A stretch of 64,000 nucleotides of DNA from Bacillota bacterium (GTDB taxonomy: Bacteria > Bacillota > Clostridia > Christensenellales > UBA1242): NCBI GenBank assembly GCA_009784665.1, contig WRBH01000001.1, positions 7,267-71,266 on the forward strand. The letters are read 5' to 3'. Each line of letters begins with the position of its first letter. The stretch's first letter is position 1. The notes below the pieces were generated by a model that was given only the letters and a program-made list of their open reading frames with translations, did not search any database and had not been told where the DNA came from. Shown piece by piece: positions 28,272 to 36,520 of the stretch. Both the position numbers and the translations under genes were made by a program.

Positions 28272-28300
28272 ATTATATCTCATTCAAGTGATATTGTCAA
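28272..28300 (-). promoter_or_regulatory. ssrA promoter
   Basis: TTGACA (28300-28295), 17 nt, TATAAT (28277-28272), about 15 nt upstream of the mature 5' end. Confidence 0.65.
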
Positions 28301-28333
28301 CATCATCAAAAGCTCCCAGGGACACGATGGAGA

Positions 28334-28999
28334 CTAAGCCTCGATAAATTTCCACTTTCCTGTCGCCAAATCTCCTAACTGGAACTCTCCTACTGCTGTA
28401 CGCTTTAGATTCATAACCTCGTATCCAAGTGCTGCGAACATTCGGCGAACTTGACGGTTTCGACCCTGCGTGATGACCAGCCTGAATATATTGGGTGCAC
28501 CGTCATTCTGCACCTTCGCGGGGTGCGTTAACTCGCCATCGATTTCAACCCCAGCCTCGAGAATTTTCAGATGAGATTTCGTCACCGGCTTGTCTGTTAT
28601 TACAATATATGTCTTCTCGACACCTGAACGCGGATGTGTAATTTTTCGAGTGAATTCGCCATCGTTTGTTAACAACAATAATCCCTCAGTCTCATAATCC
28701 AACCTCCCTACTGCAAACAGTCTGACATCCGATGGGACTAGATCAAATACGGTTTTCCGCCCCCGTTCGTCGCGGGCAGATGTTATATATCCTCTTGGCT
28801 TGTTAAGCATTATATAAACGAAACTGCCATCCACCTGGACCTCTTTCCCATCTACTGCTACCTTATCTGTGGGTTGAACTTGGGTCCCCAGCTCCCTGAC
28901 GACTACATCGTTGATCGTCACCCTGCCTGCGGTCACAAGGTCTTCGCATTTGCGTCTTGCTCCCAATCCTGCGGCTGCCAGATATTTGTTGATTCTCAT
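28334..28999 (-). CDS. pseudouridine synthase (RsuA/RluB family) with S4 domain
   Basis: MRINKYLAAAGLGARRKCEDLV S4 domain, plus the GRLDYETEGLLLLTNDG catalytic motif. Confidence 0.9.
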   Translation of the reverse strand: MRINKYLAAAGLGARRKCEDLVTAGRVTINDVVVRELGTQVQPTDKVAVDGKEVQVDGSFVYIMLNKPRGYITSARDERGRKTVFDLVPSDVRLFAVGRLDYETEGLLLLTNDGEFTRKITHPRSGVEKTYIVITDKPVTKSHLKILEAGVEIDGELTHPAKVQNDGAPNIFRLVITQGRNRQVRRMFAALGYEVMNLKRTAVGEFQLGDLATGKWKFIEA

Positions 29000-29023
29000 G
29001 ATATTTTATGGTACACTACTCTT

Positions 29024-29335
29024 ATGGAAAAAAACAAAGTAAATTTCAAGCAGAGCATTGTCAATATTCTTGTTCTGATCTTCGTAGCAGTCATATCAGC
29101 GGTAGCATTCTTTGCATTCTTTGTCGCTGTATTCACTACTGCTAACCCATTTGCGTATTATATCGCCTCGCTGTATGTCTTATGCATGTTGCTTGCCGCA
29201 CCAACACTAAAGGTCTTCATGGATAAAAAGGAAACCCCTCCCGTTGTGCAAAAGCTAAACCTGGCAGGAATTATTACTATATTCTCTATGATTCTTCTCT
29301 TTGCCATGACAACATTTATTTATCTCGCGGTCTAA
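29024..29335 (+). CDS. small membrane protein (103 aa)
   Basis: The start is moved to ATG 29024, 6 nt after TGgTACACT. Three hydrophobic helices. Confidence 0.55.
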   Translation: MEKNKVNFKQSIVNILVLIFVAVISAVAFFAFFVAVFTTANPFAYYIASLYVLCMLLAAPTLKVFMDKKETPPVVQKLNLAGIITIFSMILLFAMTTFIYLAV

Positions 29336-30203
29336 TCAATTCGCCGTAATATTTTGGCTTCCTATAGGCATTCCCCCGAATGTCTATTTTTCTGAAATCT
29401 CGCAAAGACCTAAGGTCAAGTTGCGCGATTGCTATTTCTTCGATCTCCCCCATTACAACAAGAGCCGGGTCAACCTCTATCCTATCCAAGTTCCTAAAAA
29501 CGGGCGAATAGGCACATGATCGACCGTTACTGTCATTAGTCGATTTGGCCTGTATTGGATAGTTCACCATCAGGGTCGCAAAACAATTCTCATATGCCCT
29601 GATTTTCATCTGGGCGTGATAGATATCGTAAACATGACAGGCATTTGGTACAACTATAATTTCCGCCCCATTCAACATCAGAATTCGGGCAGCCTCTGGA
29701 AAATCTCTATCAAAACAGATCATTGAACCAATTCTTACACTACCTCGCCCAAAGTCCAGGTCGCCCACATTGAAACTATCGCCACTGTCTATAAATTTCT
29801 CCATTTTGAAATCGACGGTGTGAATTTTTGAATATTTCAGGATTTTCTTGCCAAATCTGTCAAAAATTATGACCGTGTTTTTTGGAAGTTTGTCGGTTCT
29901 TTCAAAAAAAGTAATTGCAATCGCCATTTCCAACTCTTTCGACAATCGTGCGAACGATTCAACAAAGTTATGGTTTTCAGCTATCGCCTTGTCGTGCCAG
30001 GCTTTGATCTCATCCTCGGAGACCGTGTTTTTATCCAGATATCCCTGGAACAGTAACTCATAACCATTACACCACATTTCAGGAAAAACTGCTAAATCTG
30101 CTCCCATCTTTTTCGCCTGACGACACGCATCAATTCCTTTCGCTAAGTTCCCCTCCAACGACCCTGTCGGAGAAATTTGTAACAAGGCTATATTAAAATT
30201 CAT
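29316..30203 (-). CDS. carbon-nitrogen hydrolase (nitrilase superfamily)
   Basis: VFPEMW (catalytic Glu) and MICFDRDFPE (catalytic Cys) motifs. 295 aa. Confidence 0.85.
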   Translation of the reverse strand: MNFNIALLQISPTGSLEGNLAKGIDACRQAKKMGADLAVFPEMWCNGYELLFQGYLDKNTVSEDEIKAWHDKAIAENHNFVESFARLSKELEMAIAITFFERTDKLPKNTVIIFDRFGKKILKYSKIHTVDFKMEKFIDSGDSFNVGDLDFGRGSVRIGSMICFDRDFPEAARILMLNGAEIIVVPNACHVYDIYHAQMKIRAYENCFATLMVNYPIQAKSTNDSNGRSCAYSPVFRNLDRIEVDPALVVMGEIEEIAIAQLDLRSLRDFRKIDIRGNAYRKPKYYGELIRPRDK

Positions 30204-30670
30204 TTTAATTCCTCCTGGAGATTGTGTGTGACAACATTATTGTCTTCGTCTAATTCCATGAAAAATTCAAGTTTTTCTCCGTTCAACAAACGCGGCAGCC
30301 ACAAGATATCTCCCGACCACATCTCGCTATACGGAACCTGGTCAATATCAAACCAAGCAGGAGCCATTTCGTCCGATTCGGTTGGCTCGCCCTCGTATTC
30401 CGTCGCGATATACATGTGGCCGAATAATCGTGCCCTTTCGCCTTTGAAATAAACTATAAATTCGGCAAGTCCTACCTTTTCAAACTTGGTTGGCGTTATG
30501 CCAATTTCTTCCTGGGTTTCACGAATTGCCGCCGCCGTGATGTCTTCACCCTCGTCAACCTTGCCGCCTATTCCATTATAAATTCCCGCACGCCAGCCAC
30601 GCTTTTTCCTGCCAAGTAATATCCGTCCATCTTGAACCACCCACAGCAATGTCGCGACTATTTCCTTCAC
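30200..30670 (-). CDS. NUDIX hydrolase (MutT-like)
   Basis: Nudix box GGKVDEGEDITAAAIRETQEEIGI. Confidence 0.88.
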   Translation of the reverse strand: MKEIVATLLWVVQDGRILLGRKKRGWRAGIYNGIGGKVDEGEDITAAAIRETQEEIGITPTKFEKVGLAEFIVYFKGERARLFGHMYIATEYEGEPTESDEMAPAWFDIDQVPYSEMWSGDILWLPRLLNGEKLEFFMELDEDNNVVTHNLQEELK

Positions 30671-30694
30671 AAACTCATTGTATCATACTATAAT
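30666..30694 (+). promoter_or_regulatory. leaderless promoter of proC
   Basis: TTCACA (30666-30671), 17 nt, TATAAT (30689-30694), 5 nt, ATG 30700. Confidence 0.6.
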
Positions 30695-30699
30695 AGTTT

Positions 30700-31476
30700 A
30701 TGAAAATCGGATTTATTGGGGCAGGTAATATGGCAGTCGCCATGATGAAAGGCATGCAGGCTAAGCATCTAGATATTTTCGCAACGGACATCGATAATGA
30801 AAAGCTCAAGGGTCTTGAAAAGATAGGCGTAAATATTCTTACAAGTAATCAAAATATCGTCGATGTCGCAGATGTGATAGTTCTGGCAATCAAACCTCAG
30901 CAGTACAAGGATATTATAACCAACTTAAAAACCCCTCCCGATAAAATTTTTTTGACTATGGCCCCTGGAATAACCCTTGCAATGGTTAAGGATTGGTCAG
31001 GCGGCGGTCGAGTAGTGCGGACGATGCCTAACACCCCTGCACTTATTGGTGAGGGGGTGACCGCAGTTTGCTTTGGGCAAGGCTTCGATAATTACGAACT
31101 TGAATTTATTAAGTCAATGCTAGGAGACTTTTCTGCGGTATTTCAAATCGAGGAAGAACAAATGGATTTGGCAATCGCTATATCGGGAAGCTCGCCCATA
31201 TTTGGCTATAAAATTATTGAAATAGTGTCGGCATTTGCAAAAAAAAATGGATTTAGTGAAGCAATGGCAAAAAAGATGATTGCAAAAACTCTAATTGGAT
31301 CGGCAATGATGGTCCTAGCCAGTGATGATTCTCCCGCGACTCTTATCGATCGTGTTTGCTCAAAAGGTGGAACGACAGAGCAATTAGTTAAGACTCTGGA
31401 TAATAATAATCTGGCTGGAATTATTCACCAAGGATTAGCAGCGTGTGTTGCTAGGGCTAGAAATCTTGCTCTCTAG
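30700..31476 (+). CDS. proC: pyrroline-5-carboxylate reductase
   Basis: MKIGFIGAGNMA Rossmann start, RTMPNTPALIGEG, and the CSKGGTTE C-terminal motif. Confidence 0.93.
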   Translation: MKIGFIGAGNMAVAMMKGMQAKHLDIFATDIDNEKLKGLEKIGVNILTSNQNIVDVADVIVLAIKPQQYKDIITNLKTPPDKIFLTMAPGITLAMVKDWSGGGRVVRTMPNTPALIGEGVTAVCFGQGFDNYELEFIKSMLGDFSAVFQIEEEQMDLAIAISGSSPIFGYKIIEIVSAFAKKNGFSEAMAKKMIAKTLIGSAMMVLASDDSPATLIDRVCSKGGTTEQLVKTLDNNNLAGIIHQGLAACVARARNLAL

Positions 31477-31900
31477 AGGCTGCCTTATCTAAATCCCTTT
31501 CCTTCAGTGTCTGTTTTTTATCGTGCAGCTTCTTGCCCTTTGCAAGAGCAATTTCCGCCTTTAATAATCCACGACTGGTAAAATACAGTTTAGTGCATAT
31601 ACAGGTTACACCTTTGCTGGCAACCGCTTTGTGCAACTTTTCAATTTGGTTTTTCTTTAATAATAATCGTCGATTGCGGGTCGGGTCTTGGTCGCGATCG
31701 GGGCTGTTTTTATATTTTGCAAAGTGTGCATTTTTTAAGAACGCCTCGCCATCAACAAATCGTACAAATGATTCAGCCAAGCTGACCGCCCCCATCCGGG
31801 CGGACTTGACTTCCCATCCGAAAAGCTCCACCCCTGCCTCGATCTTGTCCTCCAGATGATAGTTGAACCGTGCTTTCCGATTTTCCGCGACTACTGGCAT
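31457..31900 (-). CDS. smpB: SsrA-binding protein
   Basis: AENRKARFNYHLEDKIEAGVELFGWEVKS...DPTRNRRLLLKKNQI. The start is moved to MPVVAENRK at 31900. Overlaps proC by 20 nt. Confidence 0.93.
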   Translation of the reverse strand: MPVVAENRKARFNYHLEDKIEAGVELFGWEVKSARMGAVSLAESFVRFVDGEAFLKNAHFAKYKNSPDRDQDPTRNRRLLLKKNQIEKLHKAVASKGVTCICTKLYFTSRGLLKAEIALAKGKKLHDKKQTLKERDLDKAASREQDF

Positions 31901-31927
31901 ATAATAACATACCAGAAAACCTCTATC

Positions 31928-31956
31928 TTGACAAATCGCAAAATTTGTTGTATACT
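31928..31956 (+). promoter_or_regulatory. leaderless promoter of orf122, back-to-back with the smpB promoter
   Basis: TTGACA (31928-31933), 17 nt, TATACT (31951-31956), 6 nt, ATG 31963. On the other strand: TTGTCA (31934-31929), 17 nt, TGgTATGTT, 5 nt, ATG 31900. Confidence 0.65.
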
Positions 31957-31962
31957 TTACAC

Positions 31963-32331
31963 ATGACAACAAGAGAATCTCAGCTTAAAATAATCAGACA
32001 AATTACATCATCCGCTGTAAAAGACAAACATGATGACTCCGCTTATAGCGGCTATCATCCTTACAACATGACAAGTCTTAATGCTTTCTCAGACGACGAA
32101 ATCGAGCAGATTCTTAACAACCTGCAACCGCACTTTGAAGAAGTATCTTCGCATAAAGCACAAATAAAAGAGCTGACTAACACAATGGATTCGAAAATAA
32201 AGCATGTTGTTGACGAAGCGAACAGGCGTCGAAAGCTGAATGAATTACAAAAGAGCTTTGATTTGAATGCACTACTAAACGAGCAAACTCCCGTCGAAGC
32301 CCCATGGGTACAAAGCGAGATGGAATCATAA
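31963..32331 (+). CDS. hypothetical protein (122 aa)
   Basis: Intact ORF starting at the leaderless ATG. I recognise no family. Confidence 0.55.
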   Translation: MTTRESQLKIIRQITSSAVKDKHDDSAYSGYHPYNMTSLNAFSDDEIEQILNNLQPHFEEVSSHKAQIKELTNTMDSKIKHVVDEANRRRKLNELQKSFDLNALLNEQTPVEAPWVQSEMES

Positions 32332-33291
32332 TTAAATGCCCACGGCAATCTTTACTCTTTCAAGGGTTGCCTGGGCTTTTTTTCTTGCCCTGCCTGCCCC
32401 TTCGGACAGGATTTTTTCAACCTCGGCATAATTCGCCATGTAATAGTCAAACTTCTCACGCATTGGGGTCAGCTCCCTATTGGCAACCTCGTACAGTTCT
32501 TTTTTTACATCGCCCCAGCCTATGCCGACGAGAAACCTCTTGGCCATGGTATCGGTCTCCTGCTTGGTTGCAAACAAACTGTATAACTGAAACAAAACAT
32601 GGTCGGTCGGCTTTGGCTCGGATGGCAGAGAGCTATCCGTTGTAATTCGCATAATGTGTTTTTTCAGTTCATTTGCGGGGGCGAACAGTGGTATTTGGTT
32701 GCCATAGCTTTTGGACATTTTACGACCGTCAAGACCTGGTATCGTGGCAACGGATTTTTCAATTAATGACTCTGGCACTGTAAATGTTTGCCCGTAAATC
32801 GCATTGAATGCACGGGCGATGTGCTTGGCATTTTCAAGGTGCTGTTCTTGGTCTTTACCTACCGGGACATGTGTCGTGTCAAATGCCAAGATGTCGGCAC
32901 TCATCAAAATTGGATAGTTATACAAACCCATATTAATTGACTGCCCTTCATCCATAGCAGCTTTATATGCGTGCGATCTGTCCAGCTCACCCTTTGGGGT
33001 AATATTTTGAACTATGGTGAAAATCTCGAAAATCTCAGAAACATCCGACTGTTTATAAAACACAGTCCTCTTTGGATCTAGTCCGCACGCCAACCACGCA
33101 CACGCCAACTCTTTTACAAGGCCTCGCATCGTTTTCGCATCCTTGACTGTGGTTAACGCATGATAATCGGCAATAAACAAGTAATCCGCTCCCAACTCGA
33201 TTGCGGGTCGGATCGCACCGAATAAATTCCCAACATGCGGAATCCCCGTGGGCTTGACGCCCGTTAAAATTGTTCGTTTTGTATCTTTCAT
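32332..33291 (-). CDS. trpS: tryptophan--tRNA ligase
   Basis: GVKPTGIPHVGNLFGA (HIGH-type) and KMSKS motifs. 319 aa. TTGCTC-17-TATAAT (33303-33298)-6 nt-ATG. Confidence 0.95.
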   Translation of the reverse strand: MKDTKRTILTGVKPTGIPHVGNLFGAIRPAIELGADYLFIADYHALTTVKDAKTMRGLVKELACAWLACGLDPKRTVFYKQSDVSEIFEIFTIVQNITPKGELDRSHAYKAAMDEGQSINMGLYNYPILMSADILAFDTTHVPVGKDQEQHLENAKHIARAFNAIYGQTFTVPESLIEKSVATIPGLDGRKMSKSYGNQIPLFAPANELKKHIMRITTDSSLPSEPKPTDHVLFQLYSLFATKQETDTMAKRFLVGIGWGDVKKELYEVANRELTPMREKFDYYMANYAEVEKILSEGAGRARKKAQATLERVKIAVGI

Positions 33292-33309
33292 AAGATGATT
33301 ATACCTTAA

Positions 33310-33996
33310 TTATTTCCGGCGAGCAATAAATTCCCACGCTCCTTTTGATTTTCCCATTCGCTGTTCAAATTTATTTTCGAGGTATAAAAATTCAAAATCG
33401 CCAAAAAATTTATTGATACAATCACGGCTGAAAAACCTAATATGTTTTGTGCGACCACTATCAAATATTTCGTGATAGTGATTCGGTTCAATTTCCTGAA
33501 ATGTCCCTCTATGCTTTACGAATTCCCACTCCTCCGTTGAAACGACCGAGCCTACTAAAAATCCATCTTTCTTCAGAATCCGCTTAGCCTCGGTAATCGC
33601 GTTGCGGGTGTCAAATTCGCTGAAATAGTGCAGAGACAAATTCGCGATTACTATATCAAAATCTTCGTCATCAAACGGAAGCGGCTTTGTTATATCTAAA
33701 ACTTTTGTTTTAATATTTGACGAGTGGCTCTTCAAAACAGCCAAAGCATTTTCCGAAAAGTCCACCGCCGTCACACAGGCACCAAGCTTTTCAAAAAACA
33801 AACTCAGCTGCCCATAGCCACACCCTAAATCGATAACCCTACTGCCCACAGCACTTTCAGCAACCTGGCCAAATTCAGGCAGGTTTTCAACCCACAATTT
33901 GTCCGTCAAAATTTTCGCAGTCGCCGCCTGCAGACCTTGTCTCATGATTTCCTTATCATCACTAAAGCGGGCGTTCCACCATTCCTTTTGACTCAA
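33310..33996 (-). CDS. class I SAM-dependent methyltransferase
   Basis: VIDLGCGYGQLS motif I. 228 aa. Confidence 0.85.
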   Translation of the reverse strand: MSQKEWWNARFSDDKEIMRQGLQAATAKILTDKLWVENLPEFGQVAESAVGSRVIDLGCGYGQLSLFFEKLGACVTAVDFSENALAVLKSHSSNIKTKVLDITKPLPFDDEDFDIVIANLSLHYFSEFDTRNAITEAKRILKKDGFLVGSVVSTEEWEFVKHRGTFQEIEPNHYHEIFDSGRTKHIRFFSRDCINKFFGDFEFLYLENKFEQRMGKSKGAWEFIARRK

Positions 33997-35177
33997 AATT
34001 CGACCTCCTGCTCCCCGCCTGTGGCCATGTCCTTGATCCTGATTCTGCCGTCTGACAACTCCTTCTCACCTACAACTGCCACAGACGGAATCCCAACCTT
34101 GTCCGCATATTCAAACGCCTTACCGACTTTCATACCACTTAGAATCAGAACTCTTTTTCCAGCCGCCCTGAATCTATCGGCAACGGCCTGAGACTGAACA
34201 AAGTTCTTCATACTGATGATTAACAGGTCCACCGGGCTGGCAACCACCTGTAATTCTTGCAACAGATACATAATAGGCTCAAGCCCAAACGCCATACCTA
34301 CTGCGGGATACTCAAGGCCATTGTCTACCCAGTCTGTGATAATGTTATCGTACCTACCTCCACCGCCCAGACTGCCAGCAATCCTTGCGTTTTTATCAAA
34401 GACCTCCCACACTGTACCCGTATAGACATTCAGACCTCGGGCAAGACTCGGCGTGTAAGCACAATATTCACTTACGCCCATCTCGTCTAACAATCTGGAT
34501 AACTCTTCAACTTCTTCGTTCCTAATACCTTTTTCAAGTTCAACAAGTAATTTTTTGACCTCCGCCTTGGAAATCAATTTTTCCAGTTCGGTTTCTAATT
34601 CCTTCTTGGAAATCTTTTCCATTTTATCAATCACAGCGATGACTTTCTCGGTATTGTTTGGAATCAAAGATGATAATACTTTCCTGTTGCCATATTTGAC
34701 AAGAGGCGTTATACCCAACTCCAGATAACATTTGACAGCCATGGCGATAAGTTCAGCCTCGACCTCAACGCCCTTTTGCCCTACAACATCAATATCGCAT
34801 TGATAAAACTCTCGCAGCCTCCCTGCCTTGACGGGGCCATTACGCCAAACTTTACCTATTTCGTACCGCCTAAAAGGCATCTTGATATCACGGTTGGTTG
34901 CTATAAATTTCGCGAACGGCACGGTCAAGTCAAACCGCAGACCCAAATCACGATCCCCTTGGTCTTTTATTTTGTAAATCTCGCGAACAATCTCGGCATC
35001 CGATTCATACTTGTACCCCAGAACTTCCATGTAATTTAACATCGCCGTTTCAATCGGCACAAAGCCATGTAACTCGAAATTCCGTTTCAATATATCGATG
35101 ACTCTGTTACGGATTATTTGCTCGGCTGGCAGAGTATCGGCCGCCCCCTTGATGTTAGTTGGTTTAAATTTACCCAT
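33993..35177 (-). CDS. hisS: histidine--tRNA ligase
   Basis: Class II motifs including LRFDLTVPFAKF, FRRYEIGKVWR and REFYQCDIDVVG, plus a C-terminal HGTP anticodon-binding domain (AAGKRVLILS...YADKVGIPSVAVVGEKEL). GGAGGG SD. Confidence 0.9.
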   Translation of the reverse strand: MGKFKPTNIKGAADTLPAEQIIRNRVIDILKRNFELHGFVPIETAMLNYMEVLGYKYESDAEIVREIYKIKDQGDRDLGLRFDLTVPFAKFIATNRDIKMPFRRYEIGKVWRNGPVKAGRLREFYQCDIDVVGQKGVEVEAELIAMAVKCYLELGITPLVKYGNRKVLSSLIPNNTEKVIAVIDKMEKISKKELETELEKLISKAEVKKLLVELEKGIRNEEVEELSRLLDEMGVSEYCAYTPSLARGLNVYTGTVWEVFDKNARIAGSLGGGGRYDNIITDWVDNGLEYPAVGMAFGLEPIMYLLQELQVVASPVDLLIISMKNFVQSQAVADRFRAAGKRVLILSGMKVGKAFEYADKVGIPSVAVVGEKELSDGRIRIKDMATGGEQEVEF

Positions 35178-35211
35178 ATCTTATATTACCCTCCTTTCGC
35201 ACTTTTCGCAA

Positions 35212-35496
35212 CTAGTGTATGCTGTAGCCCTGCTCATCCCCAACAATCTCCCCTTCCCGGGTATATCTCTGCTCAGAGACTTCACTACTACGCTCTGCGT
35301 TTTGCAGCCTAGCCTCCTTCCGCCATATTGCCTTACGAAGCTTATCCCCAAATTTGAAATATTCATCAGCCACTGTATTGTACAAGCCTAAGTCCAGTGC
35401 CTTTTCTAGCATAGTGTCGCCATACTCAACGAACTCCTTGCTGTAACAACGAACCTTTTTCTCTTCCCAACACTCCATTTCTCTTAATTTTGACAT
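35212..35496 (-). CDS. hypothetical protein (94 aa), first gene after the His leader
   Basis: The start is moved to MSKLREMECW, behind AAAGGAGGA. I recognise no family. Confidence 0.5.
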   Translation of the reverse strand: MSKLREMECWEEKKVRCYSKEFVEYGDTMLEKALDLGLYNTVADEYFKFGDKLRKAIWRKEARLQNAERSSEVSEQRYTREGEIVGDEQGYSIH

Positions 35497-35537
35497 TTCT
35501 GTCCTCCTTTTAATTTCTCTGAACACCTAAAACGCAC

Positions 35538-35634
35538 AAAAAAACCGCAATCTCGGTTTAGCGGACTGCGGCTGATGTAGTTTCTAGATGCTAATTAGAT
35601 AGTCAAAAACCACACACGGCAATCCGTGCATGGT
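35538..35634 (-). promoter_or_regulatory. putative His-responsive transcription attenuator (alternative hairpins plus U-tracts)
   Basis: Segments 1:2 pair 35634-35624 with 35619-35609 (11 bp). Segments 2:3 pair 35614-35608 with 35573-35567 (7 bp). Segments 3:4 pair 35573-35564 with 35552-35543 (10 bp), followed by a U-run reaching 35538. Confidence 0.6.
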
Positions 35635-35683
35635 GGTGATGCATATTCCCTGCTTTTAATCTCGTGGCACTCTGGGTGTTCAT
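35603..35683 (-). CDS. putative His-rich leader peptide MNTQSATRLKAGNMHHHHARIAVCGF
   Basis: A leaderless ATG lies 6 nt after TATAAT. Four consecutive His codons, CAT CAC CAC CAT, at 35641-35630. Stop TGA at 35605-35603, directly after hairpin segment 2. Confidence 0.55.
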   Translation of the reverse strand: MNTQSATRLKAGNMHHHHARIAVCGF

Positions 35684-35689
35684 AGCCCT

Positions 35690-35719
35690 ATTATATGATA
35701 TCTAAGCACTGTTTGTCAA
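35690..35719 (-). promoter_or_regulatory. promoter of the His leader / hisS operon
   Basis: TTGACA (35719-35714), 18 nt, TATAAT (35695-35690). Confidence 0.65.
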
Positions 35720-35722
35720 GCC

Positions 35723-36412
35723 CTACATTACCACAAAAAACAAAATCGCAAAGAACTGCAAAATCGAACCCAGCAAGACAAATAAATGCCAAATACTGTG
35801 GATATATTTCTTTTTGTGTCCGAGTGCATAAAATACCGCCCCCACTGTATATGCAACCCCACCCAGGGCGGTCAAGATAATTCCAACGGGATGCAAAACC
35901 CTAACAATCGGAACAATGGCGACTATGCAACTCCATCCCATTGCCAGGTATGCGGTCATACTTACCCGCCTGACGGTTTTATCGTACATATTAATGGCAT
36001 TAAATACAATTCCTATAATTGCACACAACCACACTACACTAAACAAAGCCCATCCCCATGCCCCTTGGTCTCGCAATAAAATCAGACAAAACGGTGTATA
36101 TGTTCCGGCAATCAATAAGAATATCGAGCAATGATCCAAAATACGAAAAACTCTTTTTGCCCTGTTTGGACGCAAGAAATGATAAATCGAGCTTGCAATA
36201 TACAGCAGAATCAAGCTTATGCCGTATATAACCATAGCCACAATTGCCAAGGCGTCCCCATAAATCGCCGCAAATACAACTCCTACCACAAGAAAAATTA
36301 CACCCAGAGATGCCCCAACGATATGGGTCACGGCATTGAAAACCTCCTCTCCCTTGGTAAATCCCGGCAGTGCCTTTTTGTCCTTTACTTCCATCAATAA
36401 ATTATATGTCAT
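35723..36412 (-). CDS. hemolysin III family (PAQR) membrane protein
   Basis: 229 aa with 7 TM helices and family motifs EEVFNAVTHIVG, SSIYH and HLFVL. Confidence 0.88.
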   Translation of the reverse strand: MTYNLLMEVKDKKALPGFTKGEEVFNAVTHIVGASLGVIFLVVGVVFAAIYGDALAIVAMVIYGISLILLYIASSIYHFLRPNRAKRVFRILDHCSIFLLIAGTYTPFCLILLRDQGAWGWALFSVVWLCAIIGIVFNAINMYDKTVRRVSMTAYLAMGWSCIVAIVPIVRVLHPVGIILTALGGVAYTVGAVFYALGHKKKYIHSIWHLFVLLGSILQFFAILFFVVM

Positions 36413-36520
36413 GAACTACATTATTTCAACGAACATTTTTAATAAGGATTCAAAATATGTCACAATTCGGTTCGTTTTTGAAAATCATGTGATATACTGT
36501 GGTATCTCACTGGAGGCACT

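Noticed and set aside
27871-28283. Track ORFs 27691-28005 (N-terminal part) and 28023-28283 on the minus strand
   Set aside because: They lie on top of the tmRNA gene (27895-28256). Their peptides are low-complexity read-through of a structured RNA. Only the SD-led 3' part (27691-27870) is kept, as a weak CDS candidate.
24683-28300. An ssrA-targeted genomic island or prophage remnant
   Set aside because: There is no integrase, recombinase or phage gene, and I could not spot a direct repeat of the tmRNA 3' end (tggtggaagcgccggg) downstream. It is kept only as a low-interest note.
35178-36520. T-box riboswitches upstream of hisS, metG, serS and trpS
   Set aside because: I looked for the conserved T-box sequence (…GGTGGTACCGCG…), the AGAGA/GNUGGNA elements and a specifier loop in 35178-35722, 36413-36520, 52273-52304 and 33292-33330 and found none. 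hisS instead has the leader-peptide arrangement. The other three have only short promoter regions.
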